63,535 nucleotides of DNA from IMG/VR virus record IMGVR_UViG_3300021446_000257, positions 1 to 63,535 of that record; one strand, written 5' to 3'. Shown here piece by piece: positions 1-8,467 of the stretch. The notes below the pieces were generated by a model. The model had not been told where the DNA came from. It saw only the letters and a program-made list of their open reading frames with translations, and did not search any database. Both the position numbers and the translations under genes were made by a program. How positions within the stretch are numbered: position 1 is the stretch's first letter; every line of letters starts with the position of its first letter. This stretch comes from a virus (lineage: Duplodnaviria; Caudoviricetes).

Positions 1-53
1 AGAGCGAATCCTTCGTAAGGATTAGGCCGAGGGTTCAAATCCCTCCACCGGCT
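1..53 (+). tRNA. Host tRNA-Thr(CGT), 5'-truncated by the window edge; integration target
   Basis: Anticodon arm AATCC-TT-CGT-AA-GGATT, T arm GAGGG-TTCAAAT-CCCTC, acceptor 3' strand CACCGGC plus discriminator T53. Confidence 0.92.
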
Positions 54-55
54 CT
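41..55 (+). repeat. Left att core CCCTCCACCGGCTCT
   Basis: Identical 15-mer at 63481-63495; covers the 3' T-stem/acceptor of the tRNA; adjacent to the integrase. Confidence 0.92.
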
Positions 56-95
56 CTGCCATAGATTCAAAGCCCTCGGGGCTGTGCCGCCTGTT

Positions 96-1325
96 ATGGC
101 TCGCGACATCGGCCAGACCATCGACGTTCTCCGCGACCGGATTCGCACAACCGAGGCGATCATCGACGACGACCGTGAGGCCCTGATTGACTTTTCGGAC
201 CGACTGTTCTTGCTCTCGACGGAGTATTCGGATCACCGTCACGAAAAGCTGCTGCGTCACTGCACGCGCATGGCCGAGGAACCCGGCGGACTGGCCGACG
301 CCCGTACCGATCAGACCGCCGCCGAGACGATCGTCCGCTGGATCAACCGGACCTACGACAACGAAGAGACCAATCGCGACTACCGGATCGCGCTCCGCGT
401 GTTCGGAAAACGCACGACCGACGGCGGCGACCCTCCGGAGTCGATCGATTGGGTGAGTGGCCAGACATCTTCGAGTTACGACCCACGGCCCGATCCCGGC
501 GACATGCTCCACTTCGACGAGCACGTCAGACCGCTGATCGACGCCTGCGAGAATCCGCGCGACAAGGCCATGATCGCCGTCGCGTGGGACGCGGGCGCGC
601 GCTCGGGCGAGTTCCGCGACCTTGCCGTCGGCGACGTCAGCGACCATCCGAACGGCCTCCAGATCACCGCCGACGGCAAGACCGGCCAGCGCACCGTCAC
701 GCTGATCCCGTCGGTTCCGTTCCTCAATCAATGGCTCGCGAGCCACGACTACGCTCGCACCGATCGGGCCGATCCCGACGCCCCGTTGTGGCCGCACAAA
801 TCGGACAACGCCAAGCCCCTCTCGTACAACGGTTTCAAGCGCGTGTTCGCCGACGCGGCCGATCGCGCCGGCATCGACCGCCCGGTGACACTCACCAACT
901 TTCGGAAGTCTTCGGCATCGTTTCTCGCCTCGCAAGGCCTCCCGCAGGCCCACATCGAGGACCACCACGGGTGGACGCGGGGATCGTCGGTCGCCGCACG
1001 CTACGTCGCGGTCTTCAGCGACGACGCCGACCGCGCGCTCGCCGCCGCCCACGGCCTCGACGTCGAACCCGACGAACCCGACCCCACAGGTCCGAAGGAG
1101 TGCCCGCGATGTGGCGAGGCCACACCGCGCGACCAACCCGCGTGCGTGTGGTGCGGGCAAGCCACCAGCGCGGAGGGGGCCGATGTCGTTCGCGAACAGG
1201 ACCGCGTCACGATGGATTCGATGGTCGAGGAGGACGACCCGCTCCGCCGGGAGGACATCGCCGAGTTTCAGGCGGTCGTCGACGAAAACCCGGTCCTTCG
1301 CCGAATCCTGGTGGAGAGCGAGTGA
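96..1325 (+). CDS. int: Tyrosine integrase (SNJ2-like family) with C-terminal Zn ribbon
   Basis: GARSGE (R), DGKTG (K), TNFRKS, HHGW, ARY catalytic motifs; CPRC..CVWC tail; next to att/tRNA; alternative GTG start at 84. Confidence 0.93.
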   Translation: MARDIGQTIDVLRDRIRTTEAIIDDDREALIDFSDRLFLLSTEYSDHRHEKLLRHCTRMAEEPGGLADARTDQTAAETIVRWINRTYDNEETNRDYRIALRVFGKRTTDGGDPPESIDWVSGQTSSSYDPRPDPGDMLHFDEHVRPLIDACENPRDKAMIAVAWDAGARSGEFRDLAVGDVSDHPNGLQITADGKTGQRTVTLIPSVPFLNQWLASHDYARTDRADPDAPLWPHKSDNAKPLSYNGFKRVFADAADRAGIDRPVTLTNFRKSSASFLASQGLPQAHIEDHHGWTRGSSVAARYVAVFSDDADRALAAAHGLDVEPDEPDPTGPKECPRCGEATPRDQPACVWCGQATSAEGADVVREQDRVTMDSMVEEDDPLRREDIAEFQAVVDENPVLRRILVESE

Positions 1326-1326
1326 G

Positions 1327-1464
1327 TTACCCATCGTCGGCCTCCTTGAGGAGTCGTTGGGCGAACTCCGCGACACCATCGTCTCCTTCGGCGAGACTCT
1401 CGAACAGCTCCCGTTTCCCCTCGATAACTTTCTCGGCGGACGGGCTGTCGACGGTCTGGCTCAT
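1327..1464 (-). CDS. Small hypothetical protein (45 aa, MSQTVDSPSAEKVIEGK...)
   Basis: Read manually; ATGA overlap with upstream gene; acidic; convergent on int. Confidence 0.6.
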   Translation of the reverse strand: MSQTVDSPSAEKVIEGKRELFESLAEGDDGVAEFAQRLLKEADDG

Positions 1465-1793
1465 CGCCGATCACTCCGCGCGTCGACGCGCTCGATCAGG
1501 ATCTGCCGGTCAACCCCACCGGTCGCATCGTCAAGGACGTCGCCGATCACCTGCGGGAGCGCGGGCGGGTCGGCCTCGGCCGTGATCGTGCCGCCGTCGG
1601 TCGCGATCTCCTCGGTATCGCCGTGGACGTACACACGGACCTCCTGGGGACGAACCACGGCGTGCGCGCCCGCCCGCTCGAATTCACCACAGGCCTCGGG
1701 TGAGAACGGCTCGCCGTCGTCGGCGTGGATCGCCTGCGCGGTCGCGAGGGTGTTTCCGCATACGGGACAGTACGACGCATCGAGATCGGTCAT
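1461..1793 (-). CDS. Hypothetical CPxCG Zn-finger protein
   Basis: CPVCG motif, ATDGG motif, translational coupling. Confidence 0.7.
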   Translation of the reverse strand: MTDLDASYCPVCGNTLATAQAIHADDGEPFSPEACGEFERAGAHAVVRPQEVRVYVHGDTEEIATDGGTITAEADPPALPQVIGDVLDDATGGVDRQILIERVDARSDRR

Positions 1794-2347
1794 CCCGAAT
1801 CACCACCCTCTCGAACGCTTATCAGGTTGCGAAGGAACAACAGATAGTTCAGCGCATCACCGATCTCTTGGCGCGCCTCGGCGTGGTGACCGTCCTCGAA
1901 CGTCAGCACCGCACCCTTTGCGTTCCGACAGACATCGGCGGCGAGACCGTGGGGGTCGCCATCCGTCCAGTTGTCGCCCTCCTCCCTCTCTGTCAGTCCG
2001 ATGCGGAACCGCTCTTGGGAGGACAGGACCGCTTGGTTGAGCGCGTAGACCGGATAGCCCGCCGCAACGACGTCCTCGTCAACCGGCACGAGATCGACAT
2101 CGGTTATGGGACCGCCGTCAGGGATCGGCTCGCCATCGCGCCACTCCAGGTCGATGCGCGCGTCGCGCGCGACCGAGCGCACGGTATCGACGCCGTTGAG
2201 TGCGCTCATTTTCGAGGAGTATCCCTCCGCCGAATCGGCGATGATGTTGCCGTTTCGGTGGCGGAGCCGCCAGCGCCACTCGTTTTCGGCGTCTCGGTAG
2301 ACCTCGAAGGTCGCTCGCAACCGCTCGTCGTCGGCGTCGGCACTCAT
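1790..2347 (-). CDS. DUF1508/YegP-like domain fused to an all-alpha, possibly MazG-like NTP-pyrophosphatase domain
   Basis: FEVYRD..EWRWRL..RNGNIIADS.EGY at N-terminus; EIGDALNY at C-terminus. Confidence 0.7.
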   Translation of the reverse strand: MSADADDERLRATFEVYRDAENEWRWRLRHRNGNIIADSAEGYSSKMSALNGVDTVRSVARDARIDLEWRDGEPIPDGGPITDVDLVPVDEDVVAAGYPVYALNQAVLSSQERFRIGLTEREEGDNWTDGDPHGLAADVCRNAKGAVLTFEDGHHAEARQEIGDALNYLLFLRNLISVREGGDSG

Positions 2348-2466
2348 GTCTGCACCTCAACATCGGTTCCGCAGACGGGACACTCGCCGGTTTTCATGGC
2401 TTCCGCGCCGTGTTCTGGACCGAGCGTCTTCTGGCACTCGGGGCAGTAAAGCGAGATGGTGCTCAT
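2344..2466 (-). CDS. Zn-finger microprotein (40 aa)
   Basis: MSTISLYCPEC...ECPVCG; read manually; coupled overlaps. Confidence 0.7.
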   Translation of the reverse strand: MSTISLYCPECQKTLGPEHGAEAMKTGECPVCGTDVEVQT

Positions 2467-2661
2467 CCCGACCACCGCCCGTCGTGCTCTCGCCGCGGGT
2501 CGTCGCTCTCGTCGTCGATGCTGCTGTCGGGGCGCTTTTCAGCGCTGGTGTTCTCTGTTTTCATGATCCTGTATAGGCAGGGTCCACGACAGTCCGGGCG
2601 CGGCGCTCCCTCTCAGCCCGGCCGCGCCCGGCGATTTCTGTCGTGTAACGACAATCAAACA

Positions 2662-2838
2662 TCAGGCCTCGATTTCTCCACGACCGCCGTCGTCCCAAAC
2701 TTCGCGTCGGAGCCGCTCGCGGACGGCTTGCCGAATCCACTCCGACCGGGTGTCGCCGTAATCGAGCTGGCTCTCGATGTCTTCCACAAGCTCCGAACCC
2801 ATCGAAAATGTAACGCTTTCGTTATCATCACTGGTCAT
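2662..2838 (-). CDS. Ribbon-helix-helix (CopG-like) regulator, 58 aa (not in ORF track)
   Basis: MTSDDNESVTFSMGSELVEDIESQLDYGDTRSEWIRQAVRERL; paralogue of 2949-3131. Confidence 0.8.
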   Translation of the reverse strand: MTSDDNESVTFSMGSELVEDIESQLDYGDTRSEWIRQAVRERLRREVWDDGGRGEIEA

Positions 2839-2877
2839 GCTTCACCCATCTATTCTGCATAGTCTTAGTCGTTGCGG

Positions 2878-2898
2878 CATGGAGTCATTGACTCCATG
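2878..2898. promoter_or_regulatory. Perfect palindromic operator between divergent RHH genes
   Basis: CATGGAGTCA-T-TGACTCCATG; palindromic TATA TTATATAA at 2920-2927. Confidence 0.65.
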
Positions 2899-2948
2899 AC
2901 TGACTCACCGACCGAACAATTATATAACCACGTAACCAAAATAGCCAT

Positions 2949-3131
2949 ATGAGCATGGAAAATCGTAAGGACGTCACCGTGTCGCTGCCCGCCGAGTGGG
3001 TCGAAGACCTCGATGAGTCGCTTGACTACGGTGATTCGCGTTCGGCGTGGATTCGAGAAGCGGTCCGCCAGCGGCTTGAACGGGAGCCGCCAGAGGGAAA
3101 CCCGAACCCGCAAGCACGGACCGCTGACTGA
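2949..3131 (+). CDS. Ribbon-helix-helix (CopG-like) regulator
   Basis: VTVSLPAEWVEDLDESLDYGDSRSAWIREAVRQRL. Confidence 0.82.
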   Translation: MSMENRKDVTVSLPAEWVEDLDESLDYGDSRSAWIREAVRQRLEREPPEGNPNPQARTAD

Positions 3132-3142
3132 TTCAACTCCTG

Positions 3143-3364
3143 TCACTCGAAGACCACTCGCTCCCATGAGACGCTCTCGCCGGTCGCCTTGTTCTCAAGC
3201 TCGTGCCACCCTGGATCCTCGATGTCGTGCGCCCGCGAACACGAGAGACACCAGATCCCCCCGTTCGTGGGCTGCCAGTTCGTGTGACCGGCCGGACAGA
3301 CCCACTTCCAGCGATCCGACTTCGAATCCATCTGGATGTGGACCTCCGTTGTTGCTTGTGACAT
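3143..3364 (-). CDS. Small Cys/His-containing hypothetical protein
   Basis: WVCPAGH..W.PTNG.IWC..C motif; likely start MSQATT. Confidence 0.7.
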   Translation of the reverse strand: MSQATTEVHIQMDSKSDRWKWVCPAGHTNWQPTNGGIWCLSCSRAHDIEDPGWHELENKATGESVSWERVVFE

Positions 3365-3717
3365 GCAGGTCAACCCACACCCGGATGGGTATAAAAATCG
3401 ATTCCGCTCCGGACTGGAAGTAAAGCACCGCGAAAAACCGCCCGACTGCACGGCCGTCCACGCGAACCGAAGGGGTGTCAACAGCGTTCTGGAAGTGGAA
3501 CTTTCCACTTCTTCCACCATCAGAGAAGCGGCCGCGGGCCGCCGTGCCGCACCGCTTCGCTCTTACCAACAATCCGAATCAGCGATTGATCGAAACCGTT
3601 GGTAAGAACGGAACGGTCAGGGGCCCGGCAGCGCCGCGGGCCACCCGCCGCTCGCAAGACCTTATGTAACAATCGTCTTTCCAGTAAGACCGTCTCGTTA
3701 CATAAGGCCCGAAGCGT

Positions 3718-4164
3718 TCAGGCCGGTGCCCACCGCCGGAACCCGAACCCGACTGCCGCGAGCAGCACCGCGATCACGCCGGCGATCGGCAGCCCGACGA
3801 CGATCCCCGCCATGCCCTCGATCGCGTAGAACTCCCCTCCGCCCGCGAACACGCTCCGGCCGTACCACCCGAGCGGAACGAGCAGCGCTGCGAGCGCGGA
3901 CACGTACAAGCCGACCCCAACCGTCGCGCGCGTGCTGCGCTGGGTGACCATCGCGACGAACCCGACGAGCATCCCGACGCCGAACAAGACGAGGGGGTTG
4001 ATGACGCCCGCGAACGCGACCACCACGAGCACGCCGACCGCGGCGCTCATGACGAGCAGTGCGATGTATCGCAGGGCTTCGCGTCCGGGCGGTCGCCCGC
4101 CTGTGGTCCGTGAGGCAGCAGGGCTGTCCGTCGAGCCCGCCTGCTCGGAAAGCTTCGGCGTCAC
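3718..4164 (-). CDS. Multi-pass membrane protein
   Basis: About four hydrophobic segments; coupled to the upstream RHH gene. Confidence 0.7.
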   Translation of the reverse strand: MTPKLSEQAGSTDSPAASRTTGGRPPGREALRYIALLVMSAAVGVLVVVAFAGVINPLVLFGVGMLVGFVAMVTQRSTRATVGVGLYVSALAALLVPLGWYGRSVFAGGGEFYAIEGMAGIVVGLPIAGVIAVLLAAVGFGFRRWAPA

Positions 4165-4376
4165 CGCAATCGCCCCTCGACCTCGTCGCCGAGTTCCCGG
4201 ACCAGTGTCCGCGTCTGTTTGTCGGTGAGCTCAACGTCTTCGCTCACAACCGGCGCACCGTCAAGCAGCCCGTTTAGGAACTCGTCCCAGGTCTCACTCC
4301 CTCGTGCATCGTTCAGCCGGTCGCGTGTTTCTTTGCTGACTTTGATGTTTTTGCGAGTGTCCGTCTGAGTGGCCAT
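4161..4376 (-). CDS. RHH/antitoxin-like DNA-binding protein
   Basis: KNIKVSKETRDRLNDARGSETWDEFLNGLL; upstream inverted repeat TGTACCCCA (4406-4414)/TGGGGTACA (4438-4446). Confidence 0.72.
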   Translation of the reverse strand: MATQTDTRKNIKVSKETRDRLNDARGSETWDEFLNGLLDGAPVVSEDVELTDKQTRTLVRELGDEVEGRLR

Positions 4377-4560
4377 ACCGGCTCTACGCACGACAGGCAC
4401 AAAACTGTACCCCATGTATTATTCGGTCTATCTGCCTTGGGGTACAAGGGATACACTTATGATGCCACGGGTTCAAGCGTAGAGTAGGCACTGGGTGGCT
4501 GTTCCTTCGAGGAATGGTCCGGGGCTTAGGACCCCGAACCGGTGCCTTGTGGCCCAAGGC

Positions 4561-5232
4561 ATGAACGCTACGACCCACACCGTCAATGAATCTGACGGCA
4601 CGACCCGACGCATCGACCCCGATCGCTTCGCTCGTGCGTGCACCGAGGGGATCGAGACCACCGCGACCGCACCCTTCCAGTACGACGTGATCCACGACGG
4701 CGAGACCTACGTTGTCGACCTGGAGGTCGGTCATTGCGGATGCAAAGACCACGAGTTCCGCGGCGACGAACTCGTGTGCAAACATCAGTGCGCGGCGGCG
4801 ATCGCCCACTGCTACCGCGAGGCGCGCAACACCGAGCTGGTCGCGCGCGTTCTGGCCCACGCCCGCACGAGTGGCTGCCCGCACGGCTACGCCGGCTGTC
4901 CCGGCCCGACCGGCCCCGGGCTGCCCTGCGAGGACTGCATCCGCTCGGCCGGTGTCGGTCACTGGGTCGTGTGGTGTCGCGTGACCGGCCACGACGACTG
5001 GCTCGCCACCGGCGCGAGTGCGACCGTCGACCGCGGCGAGGGCGTCGCCACGGACGGTGGTCGCGAGCTCACCGGCGACCACCCGCTTGACGTGCGGTGC
5101 AACCAGTGCGGCAACGATTATCGGGTCGACGAGACGGTGGCCAACGACTGCCCGGAGTGTGGGTTTATCGACTTCGATGTCGTCGATGGCGACCCGGACG
5201 TGGCGACCGACGGCTCGGAGGCGAGCCGATGA
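4561..5232 (+). CDS. SWIM Zn-finger protein, copy 1, with C-terminal Zn ribbon
   Basis: Y.VDL...HCGCKDH....CKH SWIM motif; CNQC..CPEC tail. Confidence 0.8.
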   Translation: MNATTHTVNESDGTTRRIDPDRFARACTEGIETTATAPFQYDVIHDGETYVVDLEVGHCGCKDHEFRGDELVCKHQCAAAIAHCYREARNTELVARVLAHARTSGCPHGYAGCPGPTGPGLPCEDCIRSAGVGHWVVWCRVTGHDDWLATGASATVDRGEGVATDGGRELTGDHPLDVRCNQCGNDYRVDETVANDCPECGFIDFDVVDGDPDVATDGSEASR

Positions 5233-5489
5233 GCCGGCTCGCCGACATCCCCGACGACCGTCACGAGTGCTCGGAGTGCGGTGCAGGCTTCAAACGCCGC
5301 GCCGGCCGCCGCGAGCACCTGCGCGACGCCCATCCCGAGACGCTGCCCGAAGGCGCGGCGGCGTGCTCGTGTGCGGGCGACGCCGAGCCGGACGTGAGCG
5401 TGACGCGGGATTCGCATGCGGGCCGCGACCGCGAGATCCACACCTGCCCTCGGTGCGGCGACCGTGTTTCGGGAGGGCGGTTTGCGTGA
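5229..5489 (+). CDS. C2H2 plus CPxCG Zn-finger protein
   Basis: CSECG..F.....REHLRDAH; CPRCG. Confidence 0.72.
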   Translation: MSRLADIPDDRHECSECGAGFKRRAGRREHLRDAHPETLPEGAAACSCAGDAEPDVSVTRDSHAGRDREIHTCPRCGDRVSGGRFA

Positions 5490-5731
5490 CCGACGACCTC
5501 CGCAAGCTCCTTGACGGCGTTCGCGATGGCGACCCGATCCGTCACCAACTCGATCCCGATGAGGCCGATCCGGTGTGCGGCGAGACGGCGGATGAGGCGG
5601 AGGAGTCACTCCGCGAAACGGGGTTGGTTAACCCCTTCCACGCAGCCGAGTTACAGCGGCGACAGACCGAACGCCGCCGCGAAAAGTCGTCGTTGATGGA
5701 CACGCTCGACGACTGGGAGGACGACGGATGA
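5486..5731 (+). CDS. Hypothetical protein
   Basis: GTGA overlap start; acidic ORF (MTDDLRKLL...). Confidence 0.6.
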   Translation: MTDDLRKLLDGVRDGDPIRHQLDPDEADPVCGETADEAEESLRETGLVNPFHAAELQRRQTERRREKSSLMDTLDDWEDDG

Positions 5732-5979
5732 CTGACCACGAGTGGCGCTACGGCTTCGCCTGGATCGGCCCGCACGAGACGCGTCACGCAGCCATCGGCG
5801 CGGCCGTCATCGACGGCATGGACGCCACGATCGCGAGCAATTATCGCTGGGATCGCGACGTCCACGCCGTCCGCGCCGAGGACATCTGTTCGGCGACCGG
5901 TGGGGTCCTCAAGTGTTCGTCGCGAGAGTATCTCAGCTCGGACGAATGTCGATTTTGTGGCGAGGAGGTCGAACGATGA
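5728..5979 (+). CDS. Hypothetical protein with C-terminal Cys cluster
   Basis: ATGA coupling; CSS...CRFCG. Confidence 0.62.
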   Translation: MTDHEWRYGFAWIGPHETRHAAIGAAVIDGMDATIASNYRWDRDVHAVRAEDICSATGGVLKCSSREYLSSDECRFCGEEVER

Positions 5980-6182
5980 CCGCCGCCGAGCACACAACCA
6001 TGACGGTCGCGGCGACGCCCGCTGAGGTCCTCGCGGGCACGAAGATCGGCGCGGGCGAGAACTCGGGGCTTTACAGGATCACCGAGAAGGGACGGGTCGC
6101 GGCGAAGTACCGCGACGAATACGACCCACGCGACACTGATGCGTTCGACGAACTCATCGAACGCGAAGTCGCCGACAAGTGA
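5976..6182 (+). pseudogene. Probable deletion-fusion remnant ending in a phiH1-repressor-like wHTH C-terminus
   Basis: ENSGLYRITEKG wing motif without the preceding HTH helices. Confidence 0.5.
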
Positions 6183-6350
6183 CCTTTTCCGATCCATCGC
6201 ATCTATACCCACCGAGCCGTCCATAATAACTTCCGTGCGGCCGCTGCCGAATAATCGATCTCAACCACCTATCCTCCCGCGAGAACCACCACACCGCCAC
6301 TCGTCGGCCGAATACCGAATCCTGCCGAATCCTGCCGAATCTTCGTTCGC

Positions 6351-7682
6351 TTACTGTCGAGAGCGGTACGTTCGCCCGCGAGTGGCCCCCTCCTTGGCGA
6401 TGAGGTCGTACTCGGCGAGCTTCGAGAGGTACTTCCGAATCGTCCGGTTCGACCGCGGATCGCCGTCGACGCGCTCGCTGTACTTCTCGTAGACGCCGGA
6501 GGTCGTCAACCATTCGTCGCTCTCACACACCACGTCGTAGACGATCTTCTGGTGGTCGAGGAGCCGCTCGATGTGAGCGTCGCGAATCGCTTTTTCGGCA
6601 TCCCCCGCGGCATCGGCTATCATTCCGTCGGTGATCGTCCCCCCCCGCTCGCGTCGGCCCTGACGTGCGGCGAGGCGAAGGGTCGTAATCGCCTTCTGGG
6701 CGTTGCCTGCGGCGTGGTCGGCGATCATCTCCAACTGCTCGGCGTCGATCACGCCGGTGCGAAGCCCTTGGTCGGCACGATCCTCTAAAATCGCAACGAG
6801 CGCTGTAATCGAGTAGGGTTCGAGCGTCGCGATCGGTCCGTGGAGGCGAGTCTCGACCGCCGCCGGGACCTCGGCGAAAAACTCCTCGCGATCGTTCGCG
6901 ATCACGATAAGTGAGAACCCGCGGCGACCGTGATAATCGCGGATGATGTTAGGGTCGCGGAGCAGTTCAGCCTCGTCGAGGATCACGACAAAGGGTGGCC
7001 CGGTGTAGCTCTCGATGCGAGTGAGTAGTGAGTTGATGTCGGCAGCGCTGCGGCCGGGCGTCGAGTGGTCGAAGGAACTCACGACTTGGTGGAGGATCTG
7101 AAATCGGGTGTTGTCCTCCCAGCAGTTGACGTGCTGGACGTTCACGTCGGTAACGCGTCGGAGCTGGTCGGTGGCGTACTTCGCGAGGCAGGTCTTGCCC
7201 GTCCCGGTGGCCCCGAAAATGAGGCCGTGTTCAGCCTGGTGGCCGCGCTCGATTTTCGTCCGCTTCGTCGCACTGCTCTCGTAGGTATCCGATCGGCTGT
7301 GGACGGTCTTGACCCGCACGCCGTCGACGATCTCGTAGTCCCAGTCGCCCGAGTACAGGTATCGAGCGTCGTCGGCGTTGGGGTCCGGACTCCCGGTCGC
7401 TTCGGGGGAGTGCAGGTCGACGATGCGGTACTCTCCGTCGGGCCGAACCCACAGCAGGTACGCCCCGTCGCGCTCGGCGTTGCTTGAGACCGTGCTCTCG
7501 AAACCGCGGTATTGGGTCTCGACCGTCGTGTACTGGTTGACTCCCCGAGTCTGGATGTCGCCGCTGAACTCGCGGACGACTCGCGGGTCATGCCCCCCAT
7601 ATCGGTACGTGAGTTGACCGTCTTCGATTTCGACGCTGTTCTTACCCTCTGCTCCGCCGTCCGCCGTGGTGGTCTGGGCCAT
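6351..7682 (-). CDS. cdc6: Orc1/Cdc6 replication initiator with atypical ~150-aa N-terminus
   Basis: Walker A GATGTGKT, HVNCWE, Walker B VILDEAE, GNAQKAI sensor, C-terminal wHTH (RTIRKYLSKLAEYDLI). Confidence 0.88.
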   Translation of the reverse strand: MAQTTTADGGAEGKNSVEIEDGQLTYRYGGHDPRVVREFSGDIQTRGVNQYTTVETQYRGFESTVSSNAERDGAYLLWVRPDGEYRIVDLHSPEATGSPDPNADDARYLYSGDWDYEIVDGVRVKTVHSRSDTYESSATKRTKIERGHQAEHGLIFGATGTGKTCLAKYATDQLRRVTDVNVQHVNCWEDNTRFQILHQVVSSFDHSTPGRSAADINSLLTRIESYTGPPFVVILDEAELLRDPNIIRDYHGRRGFSLIVIANDREEFFAEVPAAVETRLHGPIATLEPYSITALVAILEDRADQGLRTGVIDAEQLEMIADHAAGNAQKAITTLRLAARQGRRERGGTITDGMIADAAGDAEKAIRDAHIERLLDHQKIVYDVVCESDEWLTTSGVYEKYSERVDGDPRSNRTIRKYLSKLAEYDLIAKEGATRGRTYRSRQ

Positions 7683-7710
7683 CACATACGCACGTACGTG
7701 GTACAGCATA

Positions 7711-7746
7711 ATAAGTCTACTGGTAGTATACCAACAGTAGACTTAT
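7711..7746. promoter_or_regulatory. 12-bp perfect inverted repeat in the cdc6/RHH divergent promoter
   Basis: ATAAGTCTACTG-N12-CAGTAGACTTAT. Confidence 0.65.
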
Positions 7747-7773
7747 GGTGCAGGGGGGCGTAGGCAGGAGTGG

Positions 7774-7902
7774 ATGAAACAGATAAAAACATCCGACCAA
7801 GTTCACGAGGAGTTGGCCGATTTTCGCGATTCCCGCGGCCATACCTCATTCGATAGCGCAATCCGCGAATTGCTCTACATCGCCCGCGAAGATGACAGCT
7901 AG
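7774..7902 (+). CDS. RHH microprotein (42 aa, not in ORF track)
   Basis: MKQIKTSDQVHEELADFRDSRGHTSFDSAIRELL. Confidence 0.7.
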   Translation: MKQIKTSDQVHEELADFRDSRGHTSFDSAIRELLYIAREDDS

Positions 7903-8233
7903 CCAGAATCCCTATAGTCGCGGGTTCGGGATGCAGTCAAACAAGGCCAAACGGAGGGACGACCACCGATGCCGAGACTGTGGAGTGCCCAAAGAGCAAT
8001 GCGAACAGTGGGGCAAGTACCGCCTTGAGGTCCACCATATCAAGCCCGTGAAACCGCTCGACAAATGGGATCGTCTCAGAGATGCCCACGATTCGGACAA
8101 TCTCATCACACTCTGCCGCAGCTGCCACTCGAAGTGGGAGACCAGGGAGCCAGAGAAACTCAATGAATCCTTCGACGTAGAAATGCCCCAATACGACGAG
8201 CGACGAGATGAATGGTCGCCGTTTTCGTTCTGA
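7892..8233 (+). CDS. HNH endonuclease
   Basis: CRDCG..EVHHIKP...NLITLCRSCH. Confidence 0.88.
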   Translation: MTASQNPYSRGFGMQSNKAKRRDDHRCRDCGVPKEQCEQWGKYRLEVHHIKPVKPLDKWDRLRDAHDSDNLITLCRSCHSKWETREPEKLNESFDVEMPQYDERRDEWSPFSF

Positions 8234-8272
8234 GCCCCCTGTTTTGCACCACACTGCTGTTCTCAATCGTTG

Positions 8273-8467
8273 TCAGCCATCGCCCTCTCCCTGATACCCC
8301 CGGTGGGCGTCCGCGACGGCCTCGCGCAGCTCGGCGGCGAGTGCGAGCGCGTCCTCGTCGTCGGGGCCGTCCACGCTGATGCGGACGTCGACGCTGTTCT
8401 TATCGCCCGGTCCTGTCGGCGGGTCGTACCGCTTTTCGATTTCGGTAGCGTTGTGCATGGTTGTCAT
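8273..8467 (-). CDS. Hypothetical protein
   Basis: Acidic ORF in a coupled minus-strand operon. Confidence 0.6.
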   Translation of the reverse strand: MTTMHNATEIEKRYDPPTGPGDKNSVDVRISVDGPDDEDALALAAELREAVADAHRGYQGEGDG

